Assembly: GCA_951406725.2 (NCBI GenBank)
Contig: OX597817.1
Location: forward strand, 41,044,001 to 41,108,000
DNA length: 64,000 bases
From: Octopus vulgaris
Lineage: Eukaryota
Reading direction: 5' to 3'
Numbering within the stretch: the first letter of the stretch is position 1; each line of letters opens with the position of its first letter. The notes beneath the pieces are model-generated. The model was not told where the DNA came from. It did no database searches and saw only the letters and a list, made by a program, of their open reading frames with translations. Positions 12,711-27,400 of the stretch are shown here, one piece after another. A program made the position numbers and the translations under genes.

Positions 12711-13616
12711 TGGATTTACAACTAGAATGTAAATTTGTAAAATATTCTTACAGGTAGTTTTTTTCCTTGACTATACATAATTTTGCAAATTCTAATTGAG
12801 TTTTCTTTCATCATCAGTTGAAGAAGTGAATGTTTTTATAGCTTAGTGCCCAATAAAGTCTGGGTGCTAGATTGGAAAACTGTTAGAGCAGTGAATAAAA
12901 CCCTGTGTTGTTCAGATTCTGAGTTCAAATCCCTCTAGGGTTAATAAAATAAATATCAGTTGATCACATTGATTGTGAGCTGATGTATATCATCAATGTA
13001 TGGTAGCCAAGCTATCTGTTCAATAATGAGCAGTTACTGAATGGGTGTATACATACAGAGGCCATTTGTTGTCAAATCTGAGAGAATGGACAATGTAAGT
13101 GCTCGCTGGTATTAAGTTGTCTGTCCTAGCCCACCCATATTAAAGTGGAAATAGAAGCTTCTGTTTCACTGTTGATGCTATACGCCCATGTACTGCAAAT
13201 AGATTTTGAAATCAAGACATTTTGTAGTCTGCAAAGTGACACGGGTACTATGTTATAGGCAATCCACAAGACTGATCAGCCTAACTTTTGTTGTGTGTAG
13301 CTGTGCGTAAAAATGGAGAGAGAGAGAGCATGTGTGTAAAAGTTAAAATTAAAACTTGATATTTGTTCGTGAGACTTATGTACTCTTTGGGCTTCCAAAA
13401 TCTTAAGGAGTACGAAAATTTAAGCTGGGCAGATGAATCTCGAGGGCTGTCTGCATCCCACTTCTTTCACCATACTATGCTGCACAACAACAATACTATG
13501 AGGGTCTAATGGCTATCTTCAAAACAATAGTTGAGAATTTTGTGCATGAAAATCAGTTTAAAATACAAGAAAATTATCAAAAATGGGTAAGAAGATTCTT
13601 ACTGAAATCAACATAC

Positions 13617-14985
13617 CTGACAGAGTCTCGTTTGATGTAGACATATTCATGTTTTGATAAGAAAGGTCTTTCATGGAGCATGATGTTGTTATTTCACTGC
13701 CACTAGGCAGAGAGCATGAAACTGGGCGTCTTTTATGTGCAGAACCATGACTAAGATTCCTCTTTAGATGTCCCTCTACAGTCCGTTTATCAGAGTTATT
13801 CTTGCGTTCAAGGCTATTTGCAGAGTAGGATTTAGATTCACTTTTTGATGTGCTCTTCTTTGGATTGTCAGTCATGTTGCTATTGATATTTGTAGAGGAA
13901 TCGGTAAGTAGTTTTCTGTTGACAGGTTGGTTGGAATTACCTTTGGCAGCAGCTTGCTTGCATTGCTTGTTATCTGTGTCCATATTGTGGAGAGTATTAC
14001 ATATTTTATTGAGATCATCCTCAGTTGTCTCATTGTATGAATCTCCCCAGTCACAGCTATGTGAGAGGGAGGTACTGGAGTCTAGTTCATTATCATCAAC
14101 TGATTGGGTCTTTTTAAGAGGTGTACTTTGGCCCTGAGGAGAGGACATCTCGTAGTCCATATCATGCAAACTGTTGCTACCTTCCAATGGTGATCTGCGT
14201 GAATGTAGCATTTCAGAAGTATCGTTAAAATCAGATGATAGATTTAAGTTTTTGGTTGCATTTGCAAGTACCTGGCTGTTGTAATCTTCCTCCTTGAAAC
14301 TGTATTCCTGATCTTGATCCTGACATGGATGAGAGGCTGGATTCATTGTAGTCTCATTGACTGAGGAGCTATCCAGATCCATTAAAGTGGACTTTGAAGA
14401 TCTGTGGTTGTCCACTGTTGATTGCAAAGTATCACTGAAATCATTGCTTTGATTTAGCATGTATGAAAAGTCAGATTCATCCTGTTCATTGTTGTCAGAG
14501 ACGATATTACCATTAATTAAATCAGCCAAACGAGCAGCAGACACGGCTTGATCAGCAATGGAATCAAGGGAAAAGCTTTTCATGGGGGCCTTATCTGGAA
14601 TACTTTCCAGCCCTTGGTCACTAAGTGGAGTTGGAAATGTTTTTGGAGGACTGTTCTTCCCTTCAGCCGAGGCTTCATCAAGGTTGATACTCCGAATACT
14701 AACAGAATCCTCTGATGATAAGGTGAGGGTGGAAACTGCTTGTGAACCATAGCCACTAGAAGTCATGCTGGGAGTAAAACTTTTTGTTTGAATCTCCATC
14801 AAACTATCAGCAGTCACAGAATGGGATATAGTTGTGGGCCTCTGAGCCACAAACTTTTCAGCAAAAGGAGATGAATGCTGGCTCTGATAAGACTCGAATT
14901 CCTGAAAATCATCACTATCAACACTATTGGGATCCTTGTTAAAAATACTGTGCTTGTGTGCCATATCAAAATCCTCATCAAAATC
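13617..14985 (-). CDS. KIF13B: Large (1369 nt) internal exon encoding a Ser/Asp/Asn-rich disordered region
   Basis: Lies in the 468-aa ORF. Acceptor ctcttatattctcag|GAT TTT GAT (phase 0); donor TCA G|GTATGT (phase 1), matching the phase of the exon starting at 5506. Contains MTSSGYGSQAVS. Confidence 0.88.
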
Positions 14986-15750
14986 CTGAGAATATAAGAG
15001 AGAGAATGGTTAACACCAAGAATTTTTAAGCAAAAGGAGTTTGAAAATAAGAGTAAAAACAAATTCAGACATTTTGTTATTGCCAGTGTGATTAATATGA
15101 AAGTCATCCTATATATTTCATAGAATTATGAAACAACTTGAAATTAATTTTGTATACTCAGGTAGCCAATTGCTCTCTATGACTATAGTAATTAGTTAAA
15201 ATTATATAAAGCCATTCAGATATTGGGGGTATTTCATTTAGTTTTGTATTTTTATATAAAGTAGGGATGTCTTAGGTTTAAGTGAGGATAGGGTATTATA
15301 CTGAGTATATTCAGAAGAAATTCCTTTTAAAGGTGGAAGATATTGAAGAAAGATCCAACTAAATTTGCAGATCATGGATTAATGAAGAGAGACAAAGAAA
15401 CACTTTTCTTCTTTATAAAATGCATTTACTCTTTTATTAATTTCACTTGTGAGAGTGTGGTCATGCTAGAGCACTGCCTTTCAGTACATCTATCAAATTT
15501 CACTTACTCTGTCACATAGTGAAACTAAACTTGGAACCATGTTCTTGCAAAGAGAACCGCTTCATTATTCTGTCAAACCTGCATCCATATCAAGTATATA
15601 TATATGTGATATGTGCACAGTGTCATGAGGGGCCGCAGAAGTTAAATCTGGTGGTCAGTCATCCTCAACTTTGAGAGATAGTTGACAATTTATATAACAT
15701 GTGCAATGGTTGTCATTAAGAAAGTAAAAAAGATGTACAATATCAACAAA

Positions 15751-15920
15751 AGGCGTAGGAATGGCTGTGTGGTAAGTAGCTTGCTTACGAACTACATGGT
15801 TCCGGGTTCAGTCCCACTGCATGGCACCTTAGGCAAGTATCTTCCACTATAACCTCAGGCCGACCAAAGCCTATATGTGAGTGGATTTGGTAGACGGAAA
15901 CTGAAAGAAGCCCGTCATAT
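15751..15920 (+). mobile_element. 5' half of tRNA-derived SINE (family A, bipartite with internal TA/TG microsatellite)
   Basis: A-box-like TGGCTGTGTGG and B-box-like GGTTCAGTCC; closely matches 48042-48200. Confidence 0.85.
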
Positions 15921-15924
15921 GTAC

Positions 15925-17362
<1,438 letters not shown>

Positions 17363-18322
17363 TGGGGGGGTGCAGAAATATAGGGGAGCACCAGTGGGAG
17401 GGGTGGTTCAGAGGACAGGTACTAGTCAAGTAGAACGTAGGATATCGAGAGAGGGGTAATGCATGGTGAAATAGCGTATTGAAGAGGGGGGTTCAAAGAG
17501 TAGACACCTATAATGGTGGTGGGGGGTGCAGAAATATAGGGGAGCAGCGTATTGAAGAGGGGGTTCAAAGAGTAGACACCTATAATGGTGGTGGGGGGTG
17601 CAGAAATATAGGGGAGCAGCGTATTGAAGAGGGGGTTCAAAGAGTAGACACCTATAATGGTGGTGGGGGGTGCAGAAATATAGGAGAGCACCAGTGGGAG
17701 GGGTGGTTCAGGGGACAGGTTCTAGGCAAGTAGAACGTAGGATATCGAGAGAGGGGTAATGCATGGTGAAATAGCGTATTGAAGAGGGGGTTCAAAGAGT
17801 AGACACCTATTATGGTGGTGGGGGGGATGCAGAAATATAGGGGAGCACCAGTGGGAGGGGTGGTTCAGAGGACAGGTTCTAGGCAAGTAGAATGTAGGAT
17901 ATCGAGAGAGGGGTAATGCATGGTGAATAGCGTATTGAAGAGGGGGTTCAAAGAGTAGACACCTATAATGGTGGTGGGGGGTGCAGAAATATAGGGGAGC
18001 ACCAGTGGGAGGGGTGGTTCAGAGGACAGGTTCTAGGCAAGTAGAACGTAGGATATCGAGAGAGGGGTAATGCATGGTGAAATAGCGTATTGAAGAGGGG
18101 GGTTCAAAGAGTAGACACCTATAATGGTGGTGGGGGGATGCAGAAATATAGGGGAGCACCAGTGGGTGAGCACCAGTGGGAGGGGTGAGCACCAGTGGGA
18201 GGGGTGGTCCAGAGGACAGGTTCTAGGCAAGTAGAACGTAGGATATCGAGAGAGGGGTAATGCATGGTGAAATAGCGTATTGAAGAGGGGGTTCAAAGAG
18301 TAGACACCTATAATGGTGGTGG
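17363..18322. repeat. G-rich tandem array, ~157-bp unit with two 72-bp deletion units
   Basis: gcagaaatat recurs at about 17372, 17528, 17600, 17672, 17829, 17983 and 18140 (spacings 156, 72, 72, 157, 154, 157). Confidence 0.95.
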
Positions 18323-18401
18323 GAGAAAAACGACATCCGGTATAGTTGGAGCAAAATAGAGATATCCGGTATTGGTGGTGGGGGTGGGTAGGGCGGGCGC
18401 G

Positions 18402-21400
18402 CCGCGAAGAATCGGCAGCCAATTTCTATAAGGGAGATAGATCTTAAAAAATATCAATAATGATAACTAGTGAATTATACAGAATATGCAAAACGAGGCG
18501 AGGCGAGGCGAGGCTGAAATAGTAAACAGAGTGGCGACTAGGGGGATCAGAATAATAATAATTAATAAATAATAATAATAAATAGAGATACGGATGAATT
18601 AAAGTTCAAAGATTTCTTATCTTGAGATCACTTCGTTTACGGACAGACTTGGCAAAAGGAATTCGGAATCAAGAATGAGGCAGTTTACTAGTTTAAGTAT
18701 GCAATAGCCATGGCGGGTGGTAGGAAGAGAGGAGTCCAGACAGACGACAATGTAACAAGAGGGGGAGAGAAGGGAAGAGAAAAAGAAAAACCCCGCGAAG
18801 AATCGGCAGCCAATTTCTATAAGGGAGATAGATCTTAAAAAATATCAATAATGATAACTAGTGAATTATACAGAATATGCAAAACGAGGCGAGGCGAGGC
18901 GAGGCTGAAATAGTAAACAGAGTGGCGACTAGGGGGATCAGAATAATAATAATTAATAAATAATAATAATAAATAGAGATACGGATGAATTAAAGTTCAA
19001 AGATTTCTTATCTTGAGATCACTTCGTTTACGGACAGACTTGGCAAAAGGAATTCGGAATCAAGAATGAGGCAGTTTACTAGTTTAAGTATGCAATAGCC
19101 ATGGCGGGTGGTAGGAAGAGAGGAGTCCAGACAGACGACAATGTAACAAGAGGGGGAGAGAAGGGAAGAGAAAAAGAAAAACCCCGCGAAGAATCGGCAG
19201 CCAATTTCTATAAGGGAGATAGATCTTAAAAAATATCAATAATGATAACTAGTGAATTATACAGAATATGCAAAACGAGGCGAGGCGAGGCGAGGCTGAA
19301 ATAGTAAACAGAGTGGCGACTAGGGGGATCAGAATAATAATAATTAATAAATAATAATAATAAATAGAGATACGGATGAATTAAAGTTCAAAGATTTCTT
19401 ATCTTGAGATCACTTCGTTTACGGACAGACTTGGCAAAAGGAATTCGGAATCAAGAATGAGGCAGTTTACTAGTTTAAGTATGCAATAGCCATGGCGGGT
19501 GGTAGGAAGAGAGGAGTCCAGACAGACGACAATGTAACAAGAGGGGGAGAGAAGGGAAGAGAAAAAGAAAAAGAAAGAACTTCGTTTACGGACAGACTTG
19601 GCAAAAGGAATTCGGAATCAAGAATGAGGCAGTTTATAGTTAAGTATGCATAGCATGTAGGAAGAGGGAGGACAGACGACAATGTCAACGAAGAATCGGC
19701 AGCCAATTTCTATAAGGGAGATAGATCTTAAAAATATCAATAATGATAACTAGTGAATTATACAGAATATGCAAAACGAGGCGAGGCGAGGCGAGGCTGA
19801 AATAGTAAACAGAGTGGCGACTAGGGGGATCAGAATAATAATAATTAATAAATAATAATAATAAATAGAGATACGGATGAATTAAAGTTCAAAGATTTCT
19901 TATCTTGAGATCACTTCGTTTACGGACAGACTTGGCAAAAGGAATTCGGAATCAAGAATGAGGCAGTTTACTAGTTTAAGTATGCAATAGCCATGGCGGG
20001 TGGTAGGAAGAGAGGAGTCCAGACAGACGACAATGTAACAAGAGGGGAGAGAAGGGAAGAGAAAAGAAAAACCCCGCGAAGAATCGGCAGCCAATTTCTA
20101 TAAGGGAGATAGATCTTAAAAAATATCAATAATGATAACTAGTGAATTATACAGAATATGCAAAACGAGGCGAGGCGAGGCGAGGCTGAAATAGTAAACA
20201 GAGTGGCGACTAGGGGGATCAGAATAATAATAATTAATAAATAATAATAATAAATAGAGATACGGATGAATTAAAGTTCAAAGATTTCTTATCTTGAGAT
20301 CACTTCGTTTACGGACAGACTTGGCAAAAGGAATTCGGAATCAAGAATGAGGCAGTTTACTAGTTTAAGTATGCAATAGCCATGGCGGGTGGTAGGAAGA
20401 GAGGAGTCCAGACAGACGACAATGTAACAAGAGGGGGAGAGAAGGGAAGAGAAAAAGAAAAACCCCGCGAAGAATCGGCAGCCAATTTCTATAAGGGAGA
20501 TAGATCTTAAAAAAATATCAATAATGATAACTAGTGAATTATACAGAATATGCAAAACGAGGCGAGGCGAGGCGAGGCTGAAATAGTAAACAGAGTGGCG
20601 ACTAGGGGGATCAGAATAATAATAATTAATAAATAATAATAATAAATAGAGATACGGATGAATTAAAGTTCAAAGATTTCTTATCTTGAGATCACTTCGT
20701 TTACGGACAGACTTGGCAAAAGGAATTCGGAATCAAGAATGAGGCAGTTTACTAGTTTAAGTATGCAATAGCCATGGCGGGTGGTAGGAAGAGAGGAGTC
20801 CAGACAGACGACAATGTAACAAGAGAGAAGGGAAGAGAAAAACCCGCGAAGAATCGGCAGCCAATTTCTATAAGGAGATAGATCTTAAAATATCTATAAC
20901 GATAACTAGTGAATTATACAGAATATGCAAAACGAGGCGAGGCTGAAATAGTAAACAGAGTGGCGACTAGGGGATCAGAATAATAATAATTAATAAATAA
21001 TAATAATAAATAGAGATACGGATGAATTAAAGTTCAAAGATTTCTTATCTTGAGATCACTTCGTTTACGGACAGACTTGGCAAAGGAATTCGGAATCAAG
21101 AATGAGGCAGTTTACTAGCTTAAGTATGCATAGCCATGGCGGGTGGTAGGAAGAGAGGAGTCCAGACAGACGACAATGTAACAAGAGGGGAGAGAAGGGA
21201 AGAGAAAAGAAAAACCCCGCGAAGAATCGGCAGCCAATTTCTATAAGGGAGATAGATCTTAAAAAATATCAATAATGATAACTAGTGAATTATACAGAAT
21301 ATGCAAAACGAGGCGAGGCGAGGCGAGGCTGAAATAGTAAACAGAGTGGCGACTAGGGGGATCAGAATAATAATAATTAATAAATAATAATAATAAATAG

Positions 21401-24400
21401 AGATACGGATGAATTAAAGTTCAAAGATTTCTTATCTTGAGATCACTTCGTTTACGGACAGACTTGGCAAAAGGAATTCGGAATCAAGAATGAGGCAGTT
21501 TACTAGTTTAAGTATGCAATAGCCATGGCGGGTGGTAGGAAGAGAGGAGTCCAGACAGACGACAATGTAACAAGAGGGGGAGAGAAGGGAAGAGAAAAGA
21601 AAAACCCCGCGAAGAATCGGCAGCCAATTTCTATAAGGGAGATAGATCTTAAAAATATCAATAATGATAACTAGTGAATTATACAGAATATGCAAAACGA
21701 GGCGAGGCGAGGCGAGGCTGAAATAGTAAACAGAGTGGCGACTAGGGGGATCAGAATAATAATAATTAATAAATAATAATAATAAATAGAGATACGGATG
21801 AATTAAAGTTCAAAGATTTCTTATCTTGAGATCACTTCGTTTACGGACAGACTTGGCAAAAGGAATTCGGAATCAAGAATGAGGCAGTTTACTAGTTTAA
21901 GTATGCATAGCCATGGCGGGTGGTAGGAAGAGAGGAGTCCAGACAGACGACAATGTAACAAGAGGGGGAGAGAAGGGAAGAGAAAAAGAAAAACCCTGCG
22001 AAGAATCGGCAGCCAATTTCTATAAGGGAGATAGATCTTAAAAAATATCAATAATGATAACTAGAGAATTATACAGAATATGCAAAACGAGGCGAGGCGA
22101 GGCGAGGCTGAAATAGTAAACAGAGTGGCGACTAGGGGGGATCAGAATAATAATAATTAATAAATAATAATAATAAATAGAGATACGGATGAATTAAAGT
22201 TCAAAGATTTCTTATCTTGAGATCACTTCGTTTACGGACAGACTTGGCAAAAGGAATTCGGAATCAAGAATGAGGCAGTTTACTAGCTTAAGTATGCAAT
22301 AGCCATGGCGGGTGGTAGGAAGAGAGGAGTCCAGACAGACGACAATGTAACAAGAGGGGGAGAGAAGGGAAGAGAAAAGAAAAACCCCGCGAAGAATCGG
22401 CAGCCAATTTCTATAAGGGAGATAGATCTTAAAAAATATCAATAATGATAACTAGTGAATTATACAGAATATGCAAACGAGGCGAGGCGAGGCGAGGCTG
22501 AAATAGTAAACAGAGTGGCGACTAGGGGGATCAGAATAATAATAATTAATAAATAATAATAATAAATAGAGATACGGATGAATTAAAGTTCAAAGATTTC
22601 TTATCTTGAGATCACTTCGTTTACGGACAGACTTGGCAAAGGAATTCGGAATCAAGAATGAGGCAGTTTACTAGTTTAAGTATGCAATAGCCATGGCGGG
22701 TGGTAGGAAGAGAGGAGTCCAGACAGACGACAATGTAACAAGAGGGGGAGAGAAGGGAAGAGAAAAAGAAAAACCCCGCGAAGAATCGGCAGCCAATTTC
22801 TATAAGGGAGATAGATCTTAAAAAATATCAATAATGATAACTAGTGAATTATACAGAATATGCAAAACGAGGCGAGGCGAGGCGAGGCTGAAATAGTAAA
22901 CAGAGTGGCGACTAGGGGGATCAGAATAATAATAATTAATAAATAATAATAATAAATAGAGATACGGATGAATTAAAGTTCAAAGATTTCTTATCTTGAG
23001 ATCACTTCGTTTACGGACAGACTTGGCAAAAGGAATTCGGAATCAAGAATGAGGCAGTTTACTAGTTTAAGTATGCAATAGCCATGGCGGGTGGTAGGAA
23101 GAGAGGAGTCCAGACAGACGACAATGTAACAAGAGGGGGAGAGAAGGGAAGAGAAAAAGAAAAACCCCGCGAAGAATCGGCAGCCAATTTCTATAAGGGA
23201 GATAGATCTTAAAAAATATCAATAATGATAACTAGTGAATTATACAGAATATGCAAAACGAGGCGAGGCGAGGCGAGGCTGAAATAGTAAACAGAGTGGC
23301 GACTAGGGGGATCAGAATAATAATAATTAATAAATAATAATAATAAATAGAGATACGGATGAATTAAAGTTCAAAGATTTCTTATCTTGAGATCACTTCG
23401 TTTACGGACAGACTTGGCAAAAGGAATTCGGAATCAAGAATGAGGCAGTTTACTAGTTTAAGTATGCAATAGCCATGGCGGGTGGTAGGAAGAGAGGAGT
23501 CCAGACAGACGACAATGTAACAAGAGGGGGAGAGAAGGGAAGAGAAAAAGAAAAACCCCGCGAAGAATCGGCAGCCAATTTCTATAAGGGAGATAGATCT
23601 TAAAAAATATCAATAATGATAACTAGTGAATTATACAGAATATGCAAAACGAGGCGAGGCGAGGCGAGGCTGAAATAGTAAACAGAGTGGCGACTAGGGG
23701 GATCAGAATAATAATAATTAATAAATAATAATAATAAATAGAGATACGGATGAATTAAAGTTCAAAGATTTCTTATCTTGAGATCACTTCGTTTACGGAC
23801 AGACTTGGCAAAAGGAATTCGGAATCAAGAATGAGGCAGTTTACTAGTTTAAGTATGCAATAGCCATGGCGGGTGGTAGGAAGAGAGGAGTCCAGACAGA
23901 CGACAATGTAACAAGAGGGGAGAGAAGGGAAGAGAAAAAGAAAAACAAAGATTTCTTATCTTGAGATCACTTCGTTTACGGACAGACTTGGCAAAGGAAT
24001 TCGGAATCAAGAATGAGGCAGTTTACTAGTTTAAGTATGCAATAGCCATGGCGGGTGGTAGGAAGAGAGGAGTCCAGACAGACGACAATGTAACAAGAGG
24101 GGGAGAGAAGGGAAGAGAAAAAGAAAAACCCCGCGAAGAATCGGCAGCCAATTTCTATAAGGGAGATAGATCTTAAAAAAATATCAATAATGATAACTAG
24201 TGAATTATACAGAATATGCAAAACGAGGCGAGGCGAGGCGAGGCTGAAATAGTAAACAGAGTGGCGACTAGGGGGATCAGAATAATAATAATTAATAAAT
24301 AATAATAATAAATAGAGATACGGATGAATTAAAGTTCAAAGATTTCTTATCTTGAGATCACTTCGTTTACGGACAGACTTGGCAAAAGGAATTCGGAATC

Positions 24401-27400
24401 AAGAATGAGGCAGTTTACTAGTTTAAGTATGCAATAGCCATGGCGAAGTATGCAATAGCCATGGCGGGTGGTAGGAAGAGAGGAGTCCAGACAGACGACA
24501 ATGTAACAAGAGGGGGAGAGAAGGGAAGAGAAAAAGAAAAACCCCGCGAAGAATCGGCAGCCAATTTCTATAAGGGAGATAGATCTTAAAAAAATATCAA
24601 TAATGATAACTAGTGAATTATACAGAATATGCAAAACGAGGCGAGGCGAGGCGAGGCTGAAATAGTAAACAGAGTGGCGACTAGGGGGATCAGAATAATA
24701 ATAATTAATAAATAATAATAATAAATAGAGATACGGATGAATTAAAGTTCAAAGATTTCTTATCTTGAGATCACTTCGTTTACGGACAGACTTGGCAAAA
24801 GGAATTCGGAATCAAGAATGAGGCAGTTTACTAGTTTAAGTATGCAATAGCCATGGCGGGTGGTAGGAAGAGAGGAGTCCAGACAGACGACAATGTAACA
24901 AGAGGGGGAGAGAAGGGAAGAGAAAAAGAAAAACCCCGCGAAGAATCGGCAGCCAATTTCTATAAGGGAGATAGATCTTAAAAAATATCAATAATGATAA
25001 CTAGTGAATTATACAGAATATGCAAAACGAGGCGAGGCGAGGCGAGGCTGAAATAGTAAACAGAGTGGCGACTAGGGGGATCAGAATAATAATAATTAAT
25101 AAATAATAATAATAAATAGAGATACGGATGAATTAAAGTTCAAAGATTTCTTATCTTGAGATCACTTCGTTTACGGACAGACTTGGCAAAAGGAATTCGG
25201 AATCAAGAATGAGGCAGTTTACTAGTTTAAGTATGCAATAGCCATGGCGGGTGGTAGGAAGAGAGGAGTCCAGACAGACGACAATGTAACAAGAGGGGGA
25301 GAGAAGGGAAGAGAAAAAAGAAAAACCCCGCGAAGAATCGGCAGCCAATTTCTATAAGGGAGATAGATCTTAAAAAATATCAATAATGATAACTAGTGAA
25401 TTATACAGAATATGCAAAACGAGGCGAGGCGAGGCGAGGCTGAAATAGTAAACAGAGTGGCGACTAGGGGGATCAGAATAATAATAATTAATAAATAATA
25501 ATAATAAATAGAGATACGGATGAATTAAAGTTCAAAGATTTCTTATCTTGAGATCACTTCGTTTACGGACAGACTTGGCAAAAGGAATTCGGAATCAAGA
25601 ATGAGGCAGCTTACTAGTTTAAGTATGCAATAGCCATGGCGGGTGGTAGGAAGAGAGGAGTCCAGACAGACGACAATGTAACAAGAGGGGGAGAGAAGGG
25701 AAGAGAAAAAGAAAAACCCCGCGAAGAATCGGCAGCCAATTTCTATAAGGGAGATAGATCTTAAAAAATATCAATAATGATAACTAGTAAATTATACAGA
25801 ATATGCAAAACGAGGCGAGGCGAGGCGAGGCTGAAATAGTAAACAGAGTGGCGACTAGGGGGATCAGAATAATAATAATTAATAAATAATAATAATAAAT
25901 AGAGATACGGATGAATTAAAGTTCAAAGATTTCTTATCTTGAGATCACTTCGTTTACGGACAGACTTGGCAAAAGGAATTCGGAATCAAGAATGAGGCAG
26001 TTTACTAGTTTAAGTATGCAATAGCCATGGCGGGTGGTAGGAAGAGAGGAGTCCAGACAGACGACAATGTAACAAGAGGGGGAGAGAAGGGAAGAGAAAA
26101 AGAAAAACCCCGCGAAGAATCGGCAGCCAATTTCTATAAGGGAGATAGATCTTAAAAAATATCAATAATGATAACTAGTGAATTATACAGAATATGCAAA
26201 ACGAGGCGAGGCGAGGCGAGGCTGAAATAGTAAACAGAGTGGCGACTAGGGGGATCAGAATAATAATAATTAATAAATAATAATAATAAATAGAGATACG
26301 GATGAATTAAAGTTCAAAGATTTCTTATCTTGAGATCACTTCGTTTACGGACAGACTTGGCAAAAGGAATTCGGAATCAAGAATGAGGCAGTTTACTAGT
26401 TTAAGTATGCAATAGCCATGGCGGGTGGTAGGAAGAGAGGAGTCCAGACAGACGACAATGTAACAAGAGGGGAGAGAAGGGAAGAGAAAAAGAAAAACCC
26501 CGCGAAGAATCGGCAGCCAATTTCTATAAGGGAGATAGATCTTAAAAAATATCAATAATGATAACTAGTGAATTATACAGAATATGCAAAACGAGGCGAG
26601 GCGAGGCGAGGCTGAAATAGTAAACAGAGTGGCGACTAGGGGGATCAGAATAATAATAATTAATAAATAATAATAATAAATAGAGATACGGATGAATTAA
26701 AGTTCAAAGATTTCTTATCTTGAGATCACTTCGTTTACGGACAGACTTGGCAAAAGGAATTCGGAATCAAGAATGAGGCAGTTTACTAGTTTAAGTATGC
26801 AATAGCCATGGCGGGTGGTAGGAAGAGAGGAGTCCAGACAGACGACAATGTAACAAGAGGGGGAGAGAAGGGAAGAGAAAAGAAAAACCCCGCGAAGAAT
26901 CGGCAGCCAATTTCTATAAGGGAGATAGATCTTAAAAAATATCAATAATGATAACTAGTGAATTATACAGAATATGCAAAACGAGGCGAGGCGAGGCGAG
27001 GCTGAAATAGTAAACAGAGTGGCGACTAGGGGGATCAGAATAATAATAATTAATAAATAATAATAATAAATAGAGATACGGATGAATTAAAGTTCAAAGA
27101 TTTCTTATCTTGAGATCACTTCGTTTACGGACAGACTTGGCAAAAGGAATTCGGAATCAAGAATGAGGCAGTTTACTAGTTTAAGTATGCAATAGCCATG
27201 GCGGGTGGTAGGAAGAGAGGAGTCCAGACAGACGACAATGTAACAAGAGGGTGAGAGAAGGGAAGAGAAAAAGAAAAACCCCGCGAAGAATCGGCAGCCA
27301 ATTTCTATAAGGGAGATAGATCTTAAAAAATATCAATAATGATAACTAGTGAATTATACAGAATATGCAAAACGAGGCGAGGCGAGGCGAGGCTGAAATA

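Noticed and set aside
18611-18670. bantam-like (UGAGAUCA) and miR-182-like (UUGGCAA) seeds in the monomer
   Set aside because: Only a short 6-bp hairpin is present, not a pre-miRNA-length stem; 7-8 nt matches are expected by chance.
18640-18800. Recursive splice sites in each monomer (polypyrimidine tract on the minus strand)
   Set aside because: No YAG|GURAG ratchet motif follows the tract.
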